64,000 bases of DNA from Octopus vulgaris (GCA_951406725.2 OX597816.1:27652001-27716000); one strand, 5' to 3'; positions 40,929-53,660 are shown, numbered from the stretch's first letter. Notes: generated by a model not told the origin, from the sequence alone. Numbers and translations: made by a program.

Positions 40929-43620
40929 TATTACCACAATGTATCTTCTCATTTCATGTAAAGAAAAGCAGCAAATTAAAGAATATATCTTCATTTATAT
41001 AGAAGATCAATAATAAAATAACAAATGCAAAAAAGAAACGAATACGCAATAGAATTAGAAAAGTATTAAAAATAACCGTTAACAGATATGGATATATAAA
41101 TGCCCTTGCACAATCTGCATGGTGCATGTACACTCGCTCATACAAACACCCACGAATATGTAAGCATACACACATGTGTGGATTGGTGCACACACGTTCA
41201 AATAACAAGTTAAATAGCTACTTGGTGTTTATATGAATGGGGAGGTTAAAGCTAAACTTAATTAATCCATACCTATGCTAACAGTTGCTCAAATTCATTT
41301 CCACTGCATTGTGCGAAAGTACATTTATATGCATGTAGACATCTTGAGAGTCTTTCAGAAATTATATTAATGATCTTCTCATTGGTCCACAGAAGAGACA
41401 GGTATTCCTCGGAGCAGAGCCGGCATCTCCTGGAAATGATACTATATAGTTTTGTGTACCTTAGTATGGATCAAGTTATGTTAGACTTGATATTATCTGC
41501 CTTCAGTCGCTACACAAATCGGCCAAAGAGGTTGAATGTCTCTTATTGATTCTCTTGAAGCAGGTGACGTGGTTGCGATAACGATTCTTAAATGAATCAG
41601 CCGTTTGCCTAATGTAAACATACGGGCCTCCCCTTGTGTGCACGGTATATTTATATACAAGTTTTGTACTCATACAGAGGTTCATCAGTGGGCATATTAA
41701 CTTTCCTCTGCATGAGCATTTATGATATTGATTTGTATATATGGCAGTTCTGACTTCATTTTCCGACGTTTTTACCGTGTTAGCTATATCATGATAATTT
41801 CTCCTATCACAAATTGGCTGCATTTGGTGCTTTTCATTGCGTTGGTATTTTGATGTGTATGTTTGCTAGATCCAGTAGGTGAATTATTGAACTGTTGTCG
41901 CATTTTACCATTGTTTATGCGGTGCATGTACTGCTCTAAATTAGCAGAGTTAGCATAGGACACCTTCATCGTGTGCCGGTTAAAAATAGCATGCTCTCTG
42001 TTAGATTCAGGAAAACATTTGCCTAAAGCGGCAAAAAATTCTCCAGCGATCTTGGTTGAAACATGCGAACCGAAAATTGGGTTGTATCAGAGGACATCAT
42101 GATTCCTAAATCTGCTGTTTGATTTACTTGATCTAGTGTTTTGTACAGGATTGCAACAATTTACTGTGTTATGAGCAGTTGGATTATTGTGTCATGTTTG
42201 TATATGAGTTTTAAATGGTAGTTTATTGCCTTGATCAATTCTTCCTGGCCTGTATTCTCGGTCCGAGTAAGTTAACATACCATAACGTTGTGATGTTATA
42301 CAATGTGTATTATTATTCGAGGAATTGACGGTGTTGTGTATGCCTGCTTCTTGTATATATTGAATTTTCTCACGGTATTCAGCCCTAGCAAAAGCAACAT
42401 TATAATAAGCTGCATGTGATTTGAAATTTCTTTTATTAACGTATAATCTAGAAATTCTTGTAGAAATATTCTTAACTAATCTCCGTATTATCGAGGGTGC
42501 ATGGTTGGATGCTACATTTATGTACTTAATATGATCATTTGGCTTATGAAATGGTTGAAATAATCTAGAATCAAGAGAGAAGGTAGCGTGAGGAATATTT
42601 ACCGAACGATAATCCTTTTCTATAGTAATGTTTAGTCCTAAACTTTTAAGAAATCTAAAGAAATGTTTCCAGTGCCTTTCTAATTATACTTTACTACTTC
42701 TGCCCTGAAAGAATAGGGCGTCATTTCTATATAGACCCGCTTTTTTTCCGGAAAGGAAAACTGGATTAATGAAAGGATATTCCGACTAAGACTGTAACGT
42801 GTGCAAAATCAGATGACCCCATAGCTATATCAAAAAGCATTCTCTCTATCTAGTCTATTCCATAATCTACCATCAAAATCTACTAAAATGTTTCGTGCGG
42901 CAAATATTATATCTATTTTGCGTCGAGACAAATCAGAACTCATACTATAAATCAGGGCTTTATTGAATACGACCAGGTTAATAGTGGCGTAATAGCTCTC
43001 TATATCTAGTTGCTAGAATTTACTATTCTTGCTAATTTCTAGAAGCTTAAACCATTTAACCACCTCTTGGGTATCTGACCAGAGAACTAATCTAATTTTA
43101 GATTTTAAGGTGAGTAGTACTCTATCAATGATTTTCTTACGAATAATGCCTATATTGTATTTAGAAGCATAAATCAAGCTAACTGAGGGGTCAATAAGTA
43201 AGTTAGGTTTATGGTTCTTAAGCATAATCCGGGTTCGTTTTCTACGGCCGTATTTCTCGGTTCTATCATCTATAGCCAAATCTCAAGCGATTTGTAACCT
43301 TATATTGTTAATTCTTTTTAACGTGTCTTACTAGCGTGTCTATACTTGCTGAGTAATTCCTTCCTAACCATAGACTTATATAACTCTGTATCAACAGGGT
43401 AAATGTTGCTTACTTTGTCCGCTGGTACAAGTATTCCTGGAGCTTTCTTGAAGATATCAAGTAATTTTCTGATTATCTGCTGATATACATATTGTACCTT
43501 GTAGGGTATTTCCTGAACTTAACGTTCTTAACCATACTATATAATTCTTCTTCAAATCTGGTTAGGTGTTGGTTAGTCTAGATTTGAATAGTTTACTTAG
43601 TAGGTCGAGTTATATCTATT

Positions 43621-43725
43621 TATCACCCGGAGAGACACATCTGCACCGTCGGGTGCTCCTAAACCAGTTAAGTATCCCTCTCGTGAAGGATCGATGCTAG
43701 ATGTGTCTAAGCAATTGTAGTGATT
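43621..43725 (+). ncRNA. HHR-shaped motif with variant core in the inverted Penelope pLTR (copy 2)
   Basis: ATCAC-CCGGAGA-GACACATCTG...TAGATGTGTC-TAAG-CAATTG-TA-GTGAT. Confidence 0.5.
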
Positions 43726-43973
43726 AATAAAAGTTCTCGTATCTTCCATCTTCCGTCTTTCATTTACCACACAGACACACAACGCGTTCACACACACATA
43801 CACACACATATATCTATATCTATATCTATCTGTCTATGTATGTATGTATGTATGTATGTATGTATGTATGTATGTATGTATCTATCTATCTATCTAGCTA
43901 TCTCTCTATGTATGCATGTATGTATGTATGTATCTATCTATCCATTTGTCTATGTATGTATGTATCTCTCTCT

Positions 43974-44021
<48 letters not shown>

Positions 44022-44188
44022 AGAGGTAATATTTATTCTCACTTAATTCTAGATGTTCTGTAAGAACAAACTTTACCGCGGTAGATATCATGAGAGAAAC
44101 TCTCATATAGACTCTTGGTACAAAATGCCCGCTTTTTTTTATATTGCTAGCGGGGAGATAAATCCCCACCAACTCCAGCACCGAGACC

Positions 44189-44231
44189 ACCAGATCACGT
44201 GATTTCGACCTTTCTTGGTCTCCTCAATGAT
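44189..44231 (-). ncRNA. Minimal type-I HHR motif (C3U variant)
   Basis: Minus strand ATCA-TTGAGGA-GACC AAGAAA GGTC-GAAA-TCACGTGA-TC-TGGT, in a ~230-bp island between (TA)n tracts. Confidence 0.65.
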
Positions 44232-44245
44232 TGACGCTAGATCGC

Positions 44246-44287
<42 letters not shown>

Positions 44288-44299
44288 CATACAAACCTA

Positions 44300-44528
44300 T
44301 ATATTTGTGTGTGTGTGTACGTTTGTGTGTCTGTGTTTGTTACACCACCATCGCTTGACAACCGATGTTGGTGTGTTTACGTCTCCGTAACGTAGCGGTT
44401 CGGCAAAAAAGATTGATAGAATAAGTACTAGGCTTACAAAGTATAAGTTCTTGAGTAGATTTCTTCGACTAAAGACGGTACTCCAGCGTGGCCGCAGTCA
44501 AATGACTGAAACACATAAAAGAGTAAAA
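44300..44528 (+). mobile_element. SINE family B, 3' half
   Basis: GCTTGACAACCGATG...GGCCGCAGTCAAATGACTGAAAC. Confidence 0.85.
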
Positions 44529-44538
44529 GGGTATATAA

Positions 44539-44769
44539 AGGCGGCGAGCTGGCAGAAACGTTAGCAAGCCGGGCGAAATGCTTAGCGGTATTTCGTCTGC
44601 GTTACGTTGTGAGTTCAAATTCCGCCGAGGTCGACTTTGCCTTTCATCCTTTCGGGGTCGATAAATTAAGTACCAGTTACGCACTGGGGTCGATGTAATC
44701 GACTTAATACCTATGTCTGTCCTTGTTTGTCCCCTCTGTGTTTAGCCCCTTGTGGGTAATATAGAAATA
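44539..44769 (+). mobile_element. SINE family A monomer
   Basis: Head through GTAATATAGAAATA. Flanking duplication GGTATATAA at ~44530 and ~44770. Confidence 0.88.
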
Positions 44770-45437
44770 GGTATATAAATATGTATACACACACACGCAC
44801 GCACACGTATAAATACATGTATATTTATGTTCATTTTTGTATGTAAATCTAAATTCAGAACTATACATATGTATATTTACATACATATAGCTGTGTATAT
44901 GCATGTGTGTAAGCCTATGTACATTTATATGTATGTACATATGAATTAAAAGTTAAATGACAATGCCAGATATATCGGAATGTCAATAAGAAATCAGGAA
45001 AAAAAATTGTTGATATTAACTTATATTTTATCTGAATTAAGTCATTGAGTCAAAAGTTAACTTTTGATGTATGTCAAAATTGTAGGGAAAACAGTTTTTG
45101 AAATCGTTCACAAAAGTAAAACATATCCCCGCGTGATCTTACCCTATGATTTCAAATATCCGTCAGTGAGAAGATGAAAGTATTGCTACAGTCATGTTGT
45201 GTGTAATTTATAAAATATATCGATTTATAGCGCCCGAATCTTTGTCGGCATAATTAAAACTCGAAGCTTTACGAGAACATGTGTTTCTCCTGGGAGTGAA
45301 GTCGACTTACCTGAATGTTTTTTTCCGCGAGTGTATTATATTTTTGATATCATTAATACTTGGACTTCCATCTTCCAATATTTTAAAGATTTTGTCATAA
45401 TTTTGTTTCACTAAAAACGAAACATGTAAGACTTACA

Positions 45438-45485
<48 letters not shown>

Positions 45486-46044
45486 GAGACACACACACAC
45501 ACACACACACAGACACACAGACACAGGCACACAGAAACAGACACACACACACACACAGACACACACACACACACACACACGCACGCACGCACACACACAT
45601 GCAGAGAAAGAGAGTTCAAACCCTCTCCGGGTTAACCCTTGCATTCGGAGTTCAAGTCACGTCGAAGTCGACTTTTCTTCATTTCGGTGGCTGAAAGAAC
45701 ACCTGAGTGCATACCTTGCGGTATTTGTTCCGATTCCTCGCATTTAAATATCCACCACGCCCTACTTCAGTAGTAAAGTTCACCCATCATCCAATTTAAC
45801 ACAAGTATTTGCATCTAAGATTTCTTTCTGGAAGTTCACTCTGTCACAATTTTTCAGGTCCAGTCTCTGACCTGAAAGATTGTTCTTTCGTCTCAATAGT
45901 TGTCAAGGCTCTACAAAGGGTCATGAACATTTTCTTTCTGGCGTAATGGAACGCACCCCCCACCCACACACACAGTGACCGCGTGTGTACCGTTGGCGAT
46001 TTTTTTCCTCTGTCTTCCCTTCTCTGGATCTTTCCTTCTCCTAT

Positions 46045-46079
46045 GTTTCCGACGAAGAGCTCCGCTCGAAACGTTAAAC
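46045..46079 (+). ncRNA. Minimal type-I HHR motif (U4C variant) in a pLTR-like fragment
   Basis: GTTT-CCGACGA-A-GAGC TCC GCTC-GAAA-CG-TT-AAAC. Perfect 4-bp stems I and II; ACGT palindrome. Confidence 0.65.
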
Positions 46080-46159
46080 TCTCCAATAATACTACATTTG
46101 TTCCACGTCCTCGCGTTGTTGTGTTTTCTCTTTGTGTTTTCATGTTTGGATTAACTTTA

Positions 46160-46206
<47 letters not shown>

Positions 46207-46471
46207 AATCTATTTTGTCTTGCGTGTGAGACTAAGCACGCACAGTTTAAATGACGATTTATTGTTTTAATTTACTCTGTAAATATGAAAAATCAGAGGT
46301 CAGGTATCTGACCTCAGTATTTCACCAAGTATTGCGTGATACTGTGTAAAAAGTGTTGTCAAAATCGTCTTCAAATTCTATCGTAAAGGTTGTATTGAAT
46401 TCTTGAACATGAAGAGATCACTGAGTCTTAAGTTAAATTAGCAAGGAAAAAGGCTCCAGTTTTATTGAAAA

Positions 46472-46874
46472 CTAGCAGTATCGCCCGGCGTTGCTCGCGT
46501 TTGTAAGGGAAATAACTATATAAGCATTTTTAGAGATGTAAAGTATAATAGCCATCTTAATATGGCTAACCACAAAGGGGGGGGGGGTGTTACTGTAACT
46601 TTTTACATTCTGAGATTTAATAATAAATTTTTAGAGAGTTACTTCCCTTATATAATAGCAAAAAAATGCATTAAAAATGGGAAAAAATGATGGTAAATTT
46701 TTTTTTAAATCGTAGACTCATCGTAGACGCGCGCTAATACCCAGAAGGGCTCGATATGAATCACGACTATAAGATACCCGGTTTTGGTTACACTGCACCG
46801 CAAAATGTGGGAGTAGTTAGGAATCTAAATCGTAGGAGACTGACATCACACAACCTCACTTTTATATATAAAGA
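46472..46874 (-). mobile_element. Non-autonomous Helitron
   Basis: Minus strand A|TCTTTATATATAAAAGTG...GCAACGCCGGGCGATACTGCTAG|T: 5'-TC, subterminal GC hairpin, 3'-CTAG, inserted between A and T. Confidence 0.8.
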
Positions 46875-47162
46875 TTACCTTCATGCGAAGGTATTTCACA
46901 GTTCTTTTTAATATGTAAAATTTCTATCACACCTTCTTTTATCCAATTGTTGCTTCCATTTAGTGATTTTCTTATTGGATTGGCTTAATCGGTAGGCCAT
47001 AGGGTTAAATTATATTTTTTTTTCTCGTTCTATATATTTTGAATTTAAATTCCACAGTGGGCTACTTAGCATTTAATCGTTCTCAGTTTCATTGATTACC
47101 AGGGAAGTAATGGATCCAATTTCACTGGCTGCCAATCTATGCCGACGCACTACGGTTACATA

Positions 47163-47371
47163 AGGCGGCGAGCTGGCAGAAACGTTAGCACGCCGGGCGA
47201 AATGCGTAGCCGTATTTCGTCTGCCGTTACGTTCTGGTTTCAAATTCCGCCGAGGTCGACTTTGCCTTTCAGTTACCAGTTACACACTGGGGTCGATGTA
47301 ATCGACTTGATCCCTTTGTCTGTCCTTGTTTGTCCTCTCTGTGTTTAGCCCCTTGTGGTAGTAAAGAAATA
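47163..47371 (+). mobile_element. SINE family A monomer with internal deletion
   Basis: TSD GGTTACATA at 47154-47162 and 47372-47380. Confidence 0.88.
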
Positions 47372-47825
47372 GGTTACATACAGTGTTGTTGAACCTAGAT
47401 CCCTGCTAAAATCTTCGAGTTTCAGACTACAGGTAAATAGACATAAGGCGCCACTTGGAGCACACGGCTACTGCCATATCGATATTTGTAACTGAGTATA
47501 TGGCACCTCTTAGACTATCCTTTCACTTATTCACTTTCTCTACAAATTCGATTGCTATTACTGAAAATATTTTTTCATCACGACACTCGATGAATAGGTC
47601 ATATTCTGATTTTATCTTACTTGTTTACCTGTTTAGAATTTACCTGATGATGATGAGATTTTTGATATTACGTAGTCTATGAATGCATCAATAAAACGCT
47701 ACCTGAACAACTGTAGTAAATTATAAACCACACATGATTTTCTTGTATTCATACGCCACAACTGGAATCAACACTGGGCTGGATCTACGGTTCATATTGG
47801 ATTTGTTACGTATGTATATACATAA

Positions 47826-47859
<34 letters not shown>

Positions 47860-48686
47860 CGTATGATCGTTGTATGTAATCTATTTTGTCTCGTGTGCGA
47901 GAATTAGCACGCACAGTTTAAACGACGATTTATTATTTAAATTTAATCTGCAAATATGAAAAATCAGATGTTAAATATCTGACCTTGGTAATTCATCAAG
48001 CACTACTGTTGCATGATACTGCGTGAAAAGTGCTGTTAAAAATTGTCTTCAAATTCTATCGCAAAGGTTGCATTTCACTGTTTCTTTTTAAATATGTTAA
48101 ATTTCTATCACATCTACTTCTATCCAATTTTTCATTCGTTTAGTGATTTTCTTAGAGTATTGGATTAGCCTAATTCGTAGGCCATAGGGTAAAATTAGTT
48201 TTTTTTTCGCTCTATATATTCTGAGTTTAAATCCCCCCGTGGACTACACAGCATTTAATTGTAATCTATATTTTTTTATTTCTGCAGTCCGTTATACAGT
48301 ATATTTGGTTTAAATCTGTCCTACGCACGTTTCTGCAGCATAGACAAATATTAATTACATTTTCATCCAGTTACTTTCGACTGGTTATTAGACTACGCAA
48401 CTGCATTCAAGGTCCGTCTACTGACATGGTTTGAACCAAACTGTGAATACGTAGGTTTGGTTAGCATTATTTCGTTAGCATTATTATAGCTTTTGAGTGC
48501 AATGGAGAGTAACACCTTATAGCTTCATCGGAGCCTCTAATACAAAATGCAAAGGGTCCGATGAAACTATAAGTCCACTGCAACTTATAACAGAAACACC
48601 TGTGAGCTAATGAAGTTCATAAGATAATCAATCGTTTAGTCCTTTGTCATCTCATATTTTTATCATCTTTCACTTATCTAAGTGAA

Positions 48687-48733
<47 letters not shown>

Positions 48734-48808
48734 GCCACCCCACTTTTCCCTTATATGTATATATATGTATATATATATTTATATAAGTCATATATATATT
48801 TATATAAG

Positions 48809-48882
<74 letters not shown>

Positions 48883-49061
48883 AGGGCTTAGTAAAATAAA
48901 TTACTTTGCCACATACTGAACTCATTAGAAATAGCAGCTAAAGAAATTTCTTCAGCTATTTCTAATACTTAAAGAAGATCTCTCTCAGATAGTGCTTGCC
49001 TAAACCAACTCACAAAGGTATGGGGGAAAAAAACATTAAAAAATCAAGTGCAAAGGTTATT

Positions 49062-49113
49062 TGAGAACGTACGTTTCTAGATTAGTCAATTCGACATTTC
49101 TTTCGTCAGCTCA
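49062..49113 (-). ncRNA. Type-I HHR, array unit 1
   Basis: Minus strand TGAG-CTGACGA-AAGAAATGTCGAATTGACTAATCTA-GAAA-CGTACG-TT-CTCA. Confidence 0.75.
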
Positions 49114-49619
49114 GAATTCCTTGAATCGGATTTGGGAACACTGAAAGTTGGGAGCATACCCTTTCGGCTTCTTATCACTTCTAGAATTCTGCTCGAACTA
49201 AAAGTGCTACCAAATTCGAATATGCAAGCGAAGAATTTCTGCTCTCCCCTTTCCACCAGCGTGGGTTAAAATTGACAAACACCATGTATTAACGGTGAAA
49301 GCCGCAGCATTTAACAGAGAAAGATGAATTATAGTTTCAACAATTGAGGGTAAAATTAATTAATTACTAATCAATTTCACCAAGTATTCAGTATGTAAAG
49401 GGACCATTTTAGGCGAATTCAAAATATTACATTATATATAAAGGCTTAGTAAAATAAATTACTTTGCCACATACTGAACTCATTAGAAATAGCAGCTAAA
49501 GAAATTTCTTCAGCTATTTCTAATACTTAAAGAAGATCTCTCTCAGATAGTGCTTGCCTAAACCAACTCACAAAGGTATGGGGGAAAAAAACATTAAAAA
49601 ATCAAGTGCAAAGGTTATT

Positions 49620-49671
49620 TGAGAACGTACGTTTCTAGATTAGTCAATTCGACATTTCTTTCGTCAGCTCA
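49620..49671 (-). ncRNA. Type-I HHR, array unit 2
   Basis: Same sequence as 49062-49113, offset 558. Confidence 0.75.
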
Positions 49672-50177
49672 GAATTCCTTGAATCGGATTTGGGAACACT
49701 GAAAGTTGGGAGCATACCCTTTCGGCTTCTTATCACTTCTAGAATTCTGCTCGAACTAAAAGTGCTACCAAATTCGAATATGCAAGCGAAGAATTTCTGC
49801 TCTCCCCTTTCCACCAGCGTGGGTTAAAATTGACAAACACCATGTATTAACGGTGAAAGCCGCAGCATTTAACAGAGAAAGATGAATTATAGTTTCAACA
49901 ATTGAGGGTAAAATTAATTAATTACTAATCAATTTCACCAAGTATTCAGTATGTAAAGGGACCATTTTAGGCGAATTCAAAATATTACATTATATATAAA
50001 GGCTTAGTAAAATAAATTACTTTGCCACATACTGAACTCATTAGAAATAGCAGCTAAAGAAATTTCTTCAGCTATTTCTAATACTTAAAGAAGATCTCTC
50101 TCAGATAGTGCTTGCCTAAACCAACTCACAAAGGTATGGGGGAAAAAAACATTAAAAAATCAAGTGCAAAGGTTATT

Positions 50178-50229
50178 TGAGAACGTACGTTTCTAGATTA
50201 GTCAATTCGACATTTCTTTCGTCAGCTCA
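50178..50229 (-). ncRNA. Type-I HHR, array unit 3
   Basis: Same sequence as 49062-49113, offset 1116. Confidence 0.75.
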
Positions 50230-50789
50230 GAATTCCTTGAATCGGATTTGGGAACACTGAAAGTTGGGAGCATACCCTTTCGGCTTCTTATCACTTCTAG
50301 AATTCTGCTCGAACTAAAAGTGCTACCAAATTCGAATATGCAAGCGAAGAATTTCTGCTCTCCCCTTTCCACCAGCGTGGGTTAAAATTGACAAACACCA
50401 TGTATTAACGGTGAAAGCCGCAGCATTTAACAGAGAAAGATGAATTATAGTTTCAACAATTGAGGGTAAAATTAATTAATTACTAATCAATTTCACCAAG
50501 TATTCAGTATGTAAAGGGACCATTTTAGGCGAATTCAAAATATTACATTATATATAAGGGCTTAGTAAAATAAATTACTTTGCCACATACTGAACTCATT
50601 AGAACTCATATATATATATATATATGTATAAAAGCTAACATAGGTAAAAAGATTCTTGTCTCTCCTAGACAAACATTTTTCAGAAACTCACAGGTACAGG
50701 TAGATATGTAACGGTGAAATTAGCATATAGCTGCTACCCCAATATGAAAAGCACCATTACATGAGAAGAACACCAAGAGCCCACTCTCA

Positions 50790-51088
50790 GGTGTCACTCT
50801 CGAAACTCAGGATCCTGTCCACTCAATCTGGGATGTATGATTAAATCTGTCATATATGATGCAGAAGTTATAACAAACACTAAATGATAAGACAACCGAT
50901 AAGAAGAGCTATATCAGATTATGTAAAAGCTACTTCAAAAATGACTATGCTAATCAGATACCTTCTTTCCCACATAGGGACAAAAGTAATGCTACTAAGC
51001 TGGCTAGTCACGTATTGGGTTTGAAGTGGAACGCCATACTACATACTATTAAGTGGAAAATAGTAGTAAAATCCACACCATATGTTAT
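50790..51088 (+). mobile_element. Penelope-type GIY-YIG endonuclease fragment (decayed)
   Basis: VIYDAEVIT...KKSYIRLCKSYFKNDYANQ...NATKLASHVLGLK...TIKWKIVVKSTPY. Interrupted by a SINE at 51089. Confidence 0.65.
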
Positions 51089-51395
51089 CCAGACCGGGCG
51101 TTGTGAGTGTTTATTGAGCGAAAACACCTAAAAGCTCCAAGGGGGTGGTGGTGATCCCTGCTGTACTCTTTCACCACAACTTTCTCTCACTCTTATTTCC
51201 TGTCTCTGTTGTACCTGTATCTCAAGGGGCCGGCCTTGTCACTCTCTGTGTCACGCTGAATATCCCCGAGAACTACGTTAAGGGTACACGTGTCTGTGGA
51301 GTGTTCAGCCACTTACACGTTAATTTCACGAGCAGGCTGTTCCGTTGATCGGATCAACCGGAACCCTCATCGTCGTAACCGACGGAGTGCTTCCA
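51089..51395 (+). mobile_element. SINE family C, long-tail subtype, 5'-truncated
   Basis: CCAGACCGGGCGTTGTGAGTG...AACCGACGGAGTGCTTCCA matches 58170-58551. Confidence 0.88.
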
Positions 51396-51682
51396 CTATC
51401 TCAGAGATATCATGCGATACTCGAAGATTGTCTGCACTGATCTCAAGCCCCTGCCTTATTTTTTTATCTCTTTTTAAGTAGAGCTTCTTGTTTATCCCTA
51501 CTTTTGTGGAGATTTTCAGAGATGTTAGAATCTTGCAGGTTTTAATGTTTATGGAGTTGGTTTCTTCTACAGACCAGTCAAGTATCCCAAATGTTGGAAT
51601 CAGCGCTGCTGTAAGAAGAGAGTTCGGACTGCCATCTTTTTCTTAATCTGGTGTAATATTCTTGGGCCATTCTATCTGTCAG

Positions 51683-52160
51683 TATGTATGTATGTATGTA
51701 TGTATGTATGTATGTATGTATGTATGTATGTATGTATGTATGTATGTATGTATGCATGTATGTATGTATGTATGTATGTATGTATGTACGTATGTATGTA
51801 TGTGTGTATGTATGTATGTATGTATGTATGTATGTATGTATGTATGTATGTATGTGTGTATGTATGCATGTATGTATGTATGTGTGTGTGTATGTATGCA
51901 TGTATGAATGTATGTATGTATTATGTATGTATGTATGTATGTATGCATGTATGTATGTATGTATGTATGTATGTGTGTGTGTATGTATGCATGTATGAAT
52001 GTATGTATGTATTATGTATGTATGTATGTATGTATGTATGTATGCATGTATGTATGTATGTATGTATGTATGTATGTATGTATGTATGTATGTATGTATG
52101 TATATATGCATGTATATATGTATGTATGTATGTATGTATATATGTATATATGCATGTATG

Positions 52161-52194
<34 letters not shown>

Positions 52195-52250
52195 TGTATG
52201 CATTTAATATGTCTGTGTGTATGTATGAATGTATATGTATGTATGCTTTT
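51683..52250. repeat. Long (TATG)n microsatellite
   Basis: Directly visible, ~570 bp. Confidence 0.95.
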
Positions 52251-52966
52251 AATATGTGTGCGTGTGATTCAAAAATATACACTGGAAAATGCGTATAATG
52301 AGACAGTTTAATCAAGGAAAACTGACCTTTCTGCAGGATGAAGCCGAATACAAATTGACTAGTTTTGACTGATTATTGTCAATGTATGAAGCGTATGTTC
52401 GCGTTGTGGAACATTCTCAGTGATGCTTATAATAAATGCTATGAGTAACAGCCACTAATTTTACTAATTGGCAAAGTACTTATGCTAGTGGCTTGTAGGA
52501 GATAAAATAAAGAATTGACTCAGTCTGTGTTTGTGTATGTGTTGATAAATCCTGAATGAATTCACGTGCATATGTTTTATAAGTATGCAATCAGTTCCTG
52601 GAATGTATTCGAGCTGTCCTCGAATTTTTTTGCAGAGAATACCTTTTGGTTTACTACAGGGCATATATATACTGTGAGACTCCACGTATTCTTGTGAAAT
52701 GTATGAAAACTGTTTCGCAATTTATCGACACTCACATACACATATACACACATACAGAATCACACTCTCTTGGTCCCGTTTTCATTTTATGTATGCAGTT
52801 AATGTAAGCATTGATACGTCAATAATTATAATCAGTGCTTCTCCTACAAAGGTTCATACTTACGTCTAAGTTGCTTCCTTGCTTCGTGAGACGAATGAGA
52901 TGATGCACATATATATGACCTTACCATCGAGGAACAATACACAACATACACACACACACACACACA

Positions 52967-53017
<51 letters not shown>

Positions 53018-53048
53018 ACACACACAAATGCGCGCGCACACACACACA

Positions 53049-53466
53049 TAGGCGTAGGAGTGGCTGTGTGGTAAGTAGCTTGCTAACCAACCACATGGTT
53101 CCGGGTTCAGTCCCACTGCGTGGCATCTTGGGCAAGTGTCTTCTGCTATAGCCCCGGGCCGACCAATGCCTTGTGAGTGGATTTGGTAGACGGAAACTGA
53201 AAGAAGCCTGTCGTATATATATATATATGTATGTGTGTTTGTTTGTGTGTCTGTGTTTGTCCACCTAGCATTGCTTGACAACCGATGCTGGTGTGTTTAC
53301 GTCCCCGTCACTTAGCGGTTCGGCAAAAAGAGACCGATAGAATAAGTACTGGGCTTACAAAAAAAGAATAAGTCCCGGGGTCGAGTTGCTCGACTAAAGG
53401 CGGTGCTCCAGCATGGCCGCAGTCAAATGACTGAAACAAGTAAAAGAGTAAAGAGAGAGTAAAAGA
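53049..53466 (+). mobile_element. SINE family B, full length
   Basis: TAGGCGTAGGAGTGGCTGTGTGG head through GTAAAAGAG repeats. Confidence 0.9.
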
Positions 53467-53660
53467 GTATACACATATGTGATCTTACCATCACGGAAAA
53501 ATACACTACACATACACACACACATCCTTGCTCCGTGATGCGAATAAGATGATGTAGTACATATATATGATCTTACTATCACAGAACAATACACTTCACA
53601 CACACACACACGTGTGTGTGTGTGATCTTACCATCACGGAAAAATACACTACACACACAT

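Larger units (their letters stand above)
40557..43768 (-). mobile_element. Penelope-like retroelement (RT plus C-terminal GIY-YIG endonuclease), decayed, with inverted pLTR at its 5' junction
   Basis: Minus-strand motifs LDIESYYATI, FDIAMGSSDFAHV, GLYRNDAL, YINVASNHAPSII and GIY-YIG-like LVYKYTV...YIRQTADSFKNRYRNH. 40771-40925 is inverted relative to 43620-43768. Confidence 0.88.
48873..50604 (-). repeat. 558-bp tandem repeat x ~3.1, one HHR per unit (candidate retrozyme array)
   Basis: ATTATATATA(A/G)GGCTTAG-type junctions at 48873, 49431, 49989 and 50547. Units appear near-identical; (TA)n on both flanks. Confidence 0.92.

Noticed and set aside
51578-52315. Longest ORFs (245 aa and 207 aa) and many YIYI/HTHT/CMYV ORFs across the window
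   Set aside because: They are translations of stop-free microsatellites, open on both strands, with no protein signal.
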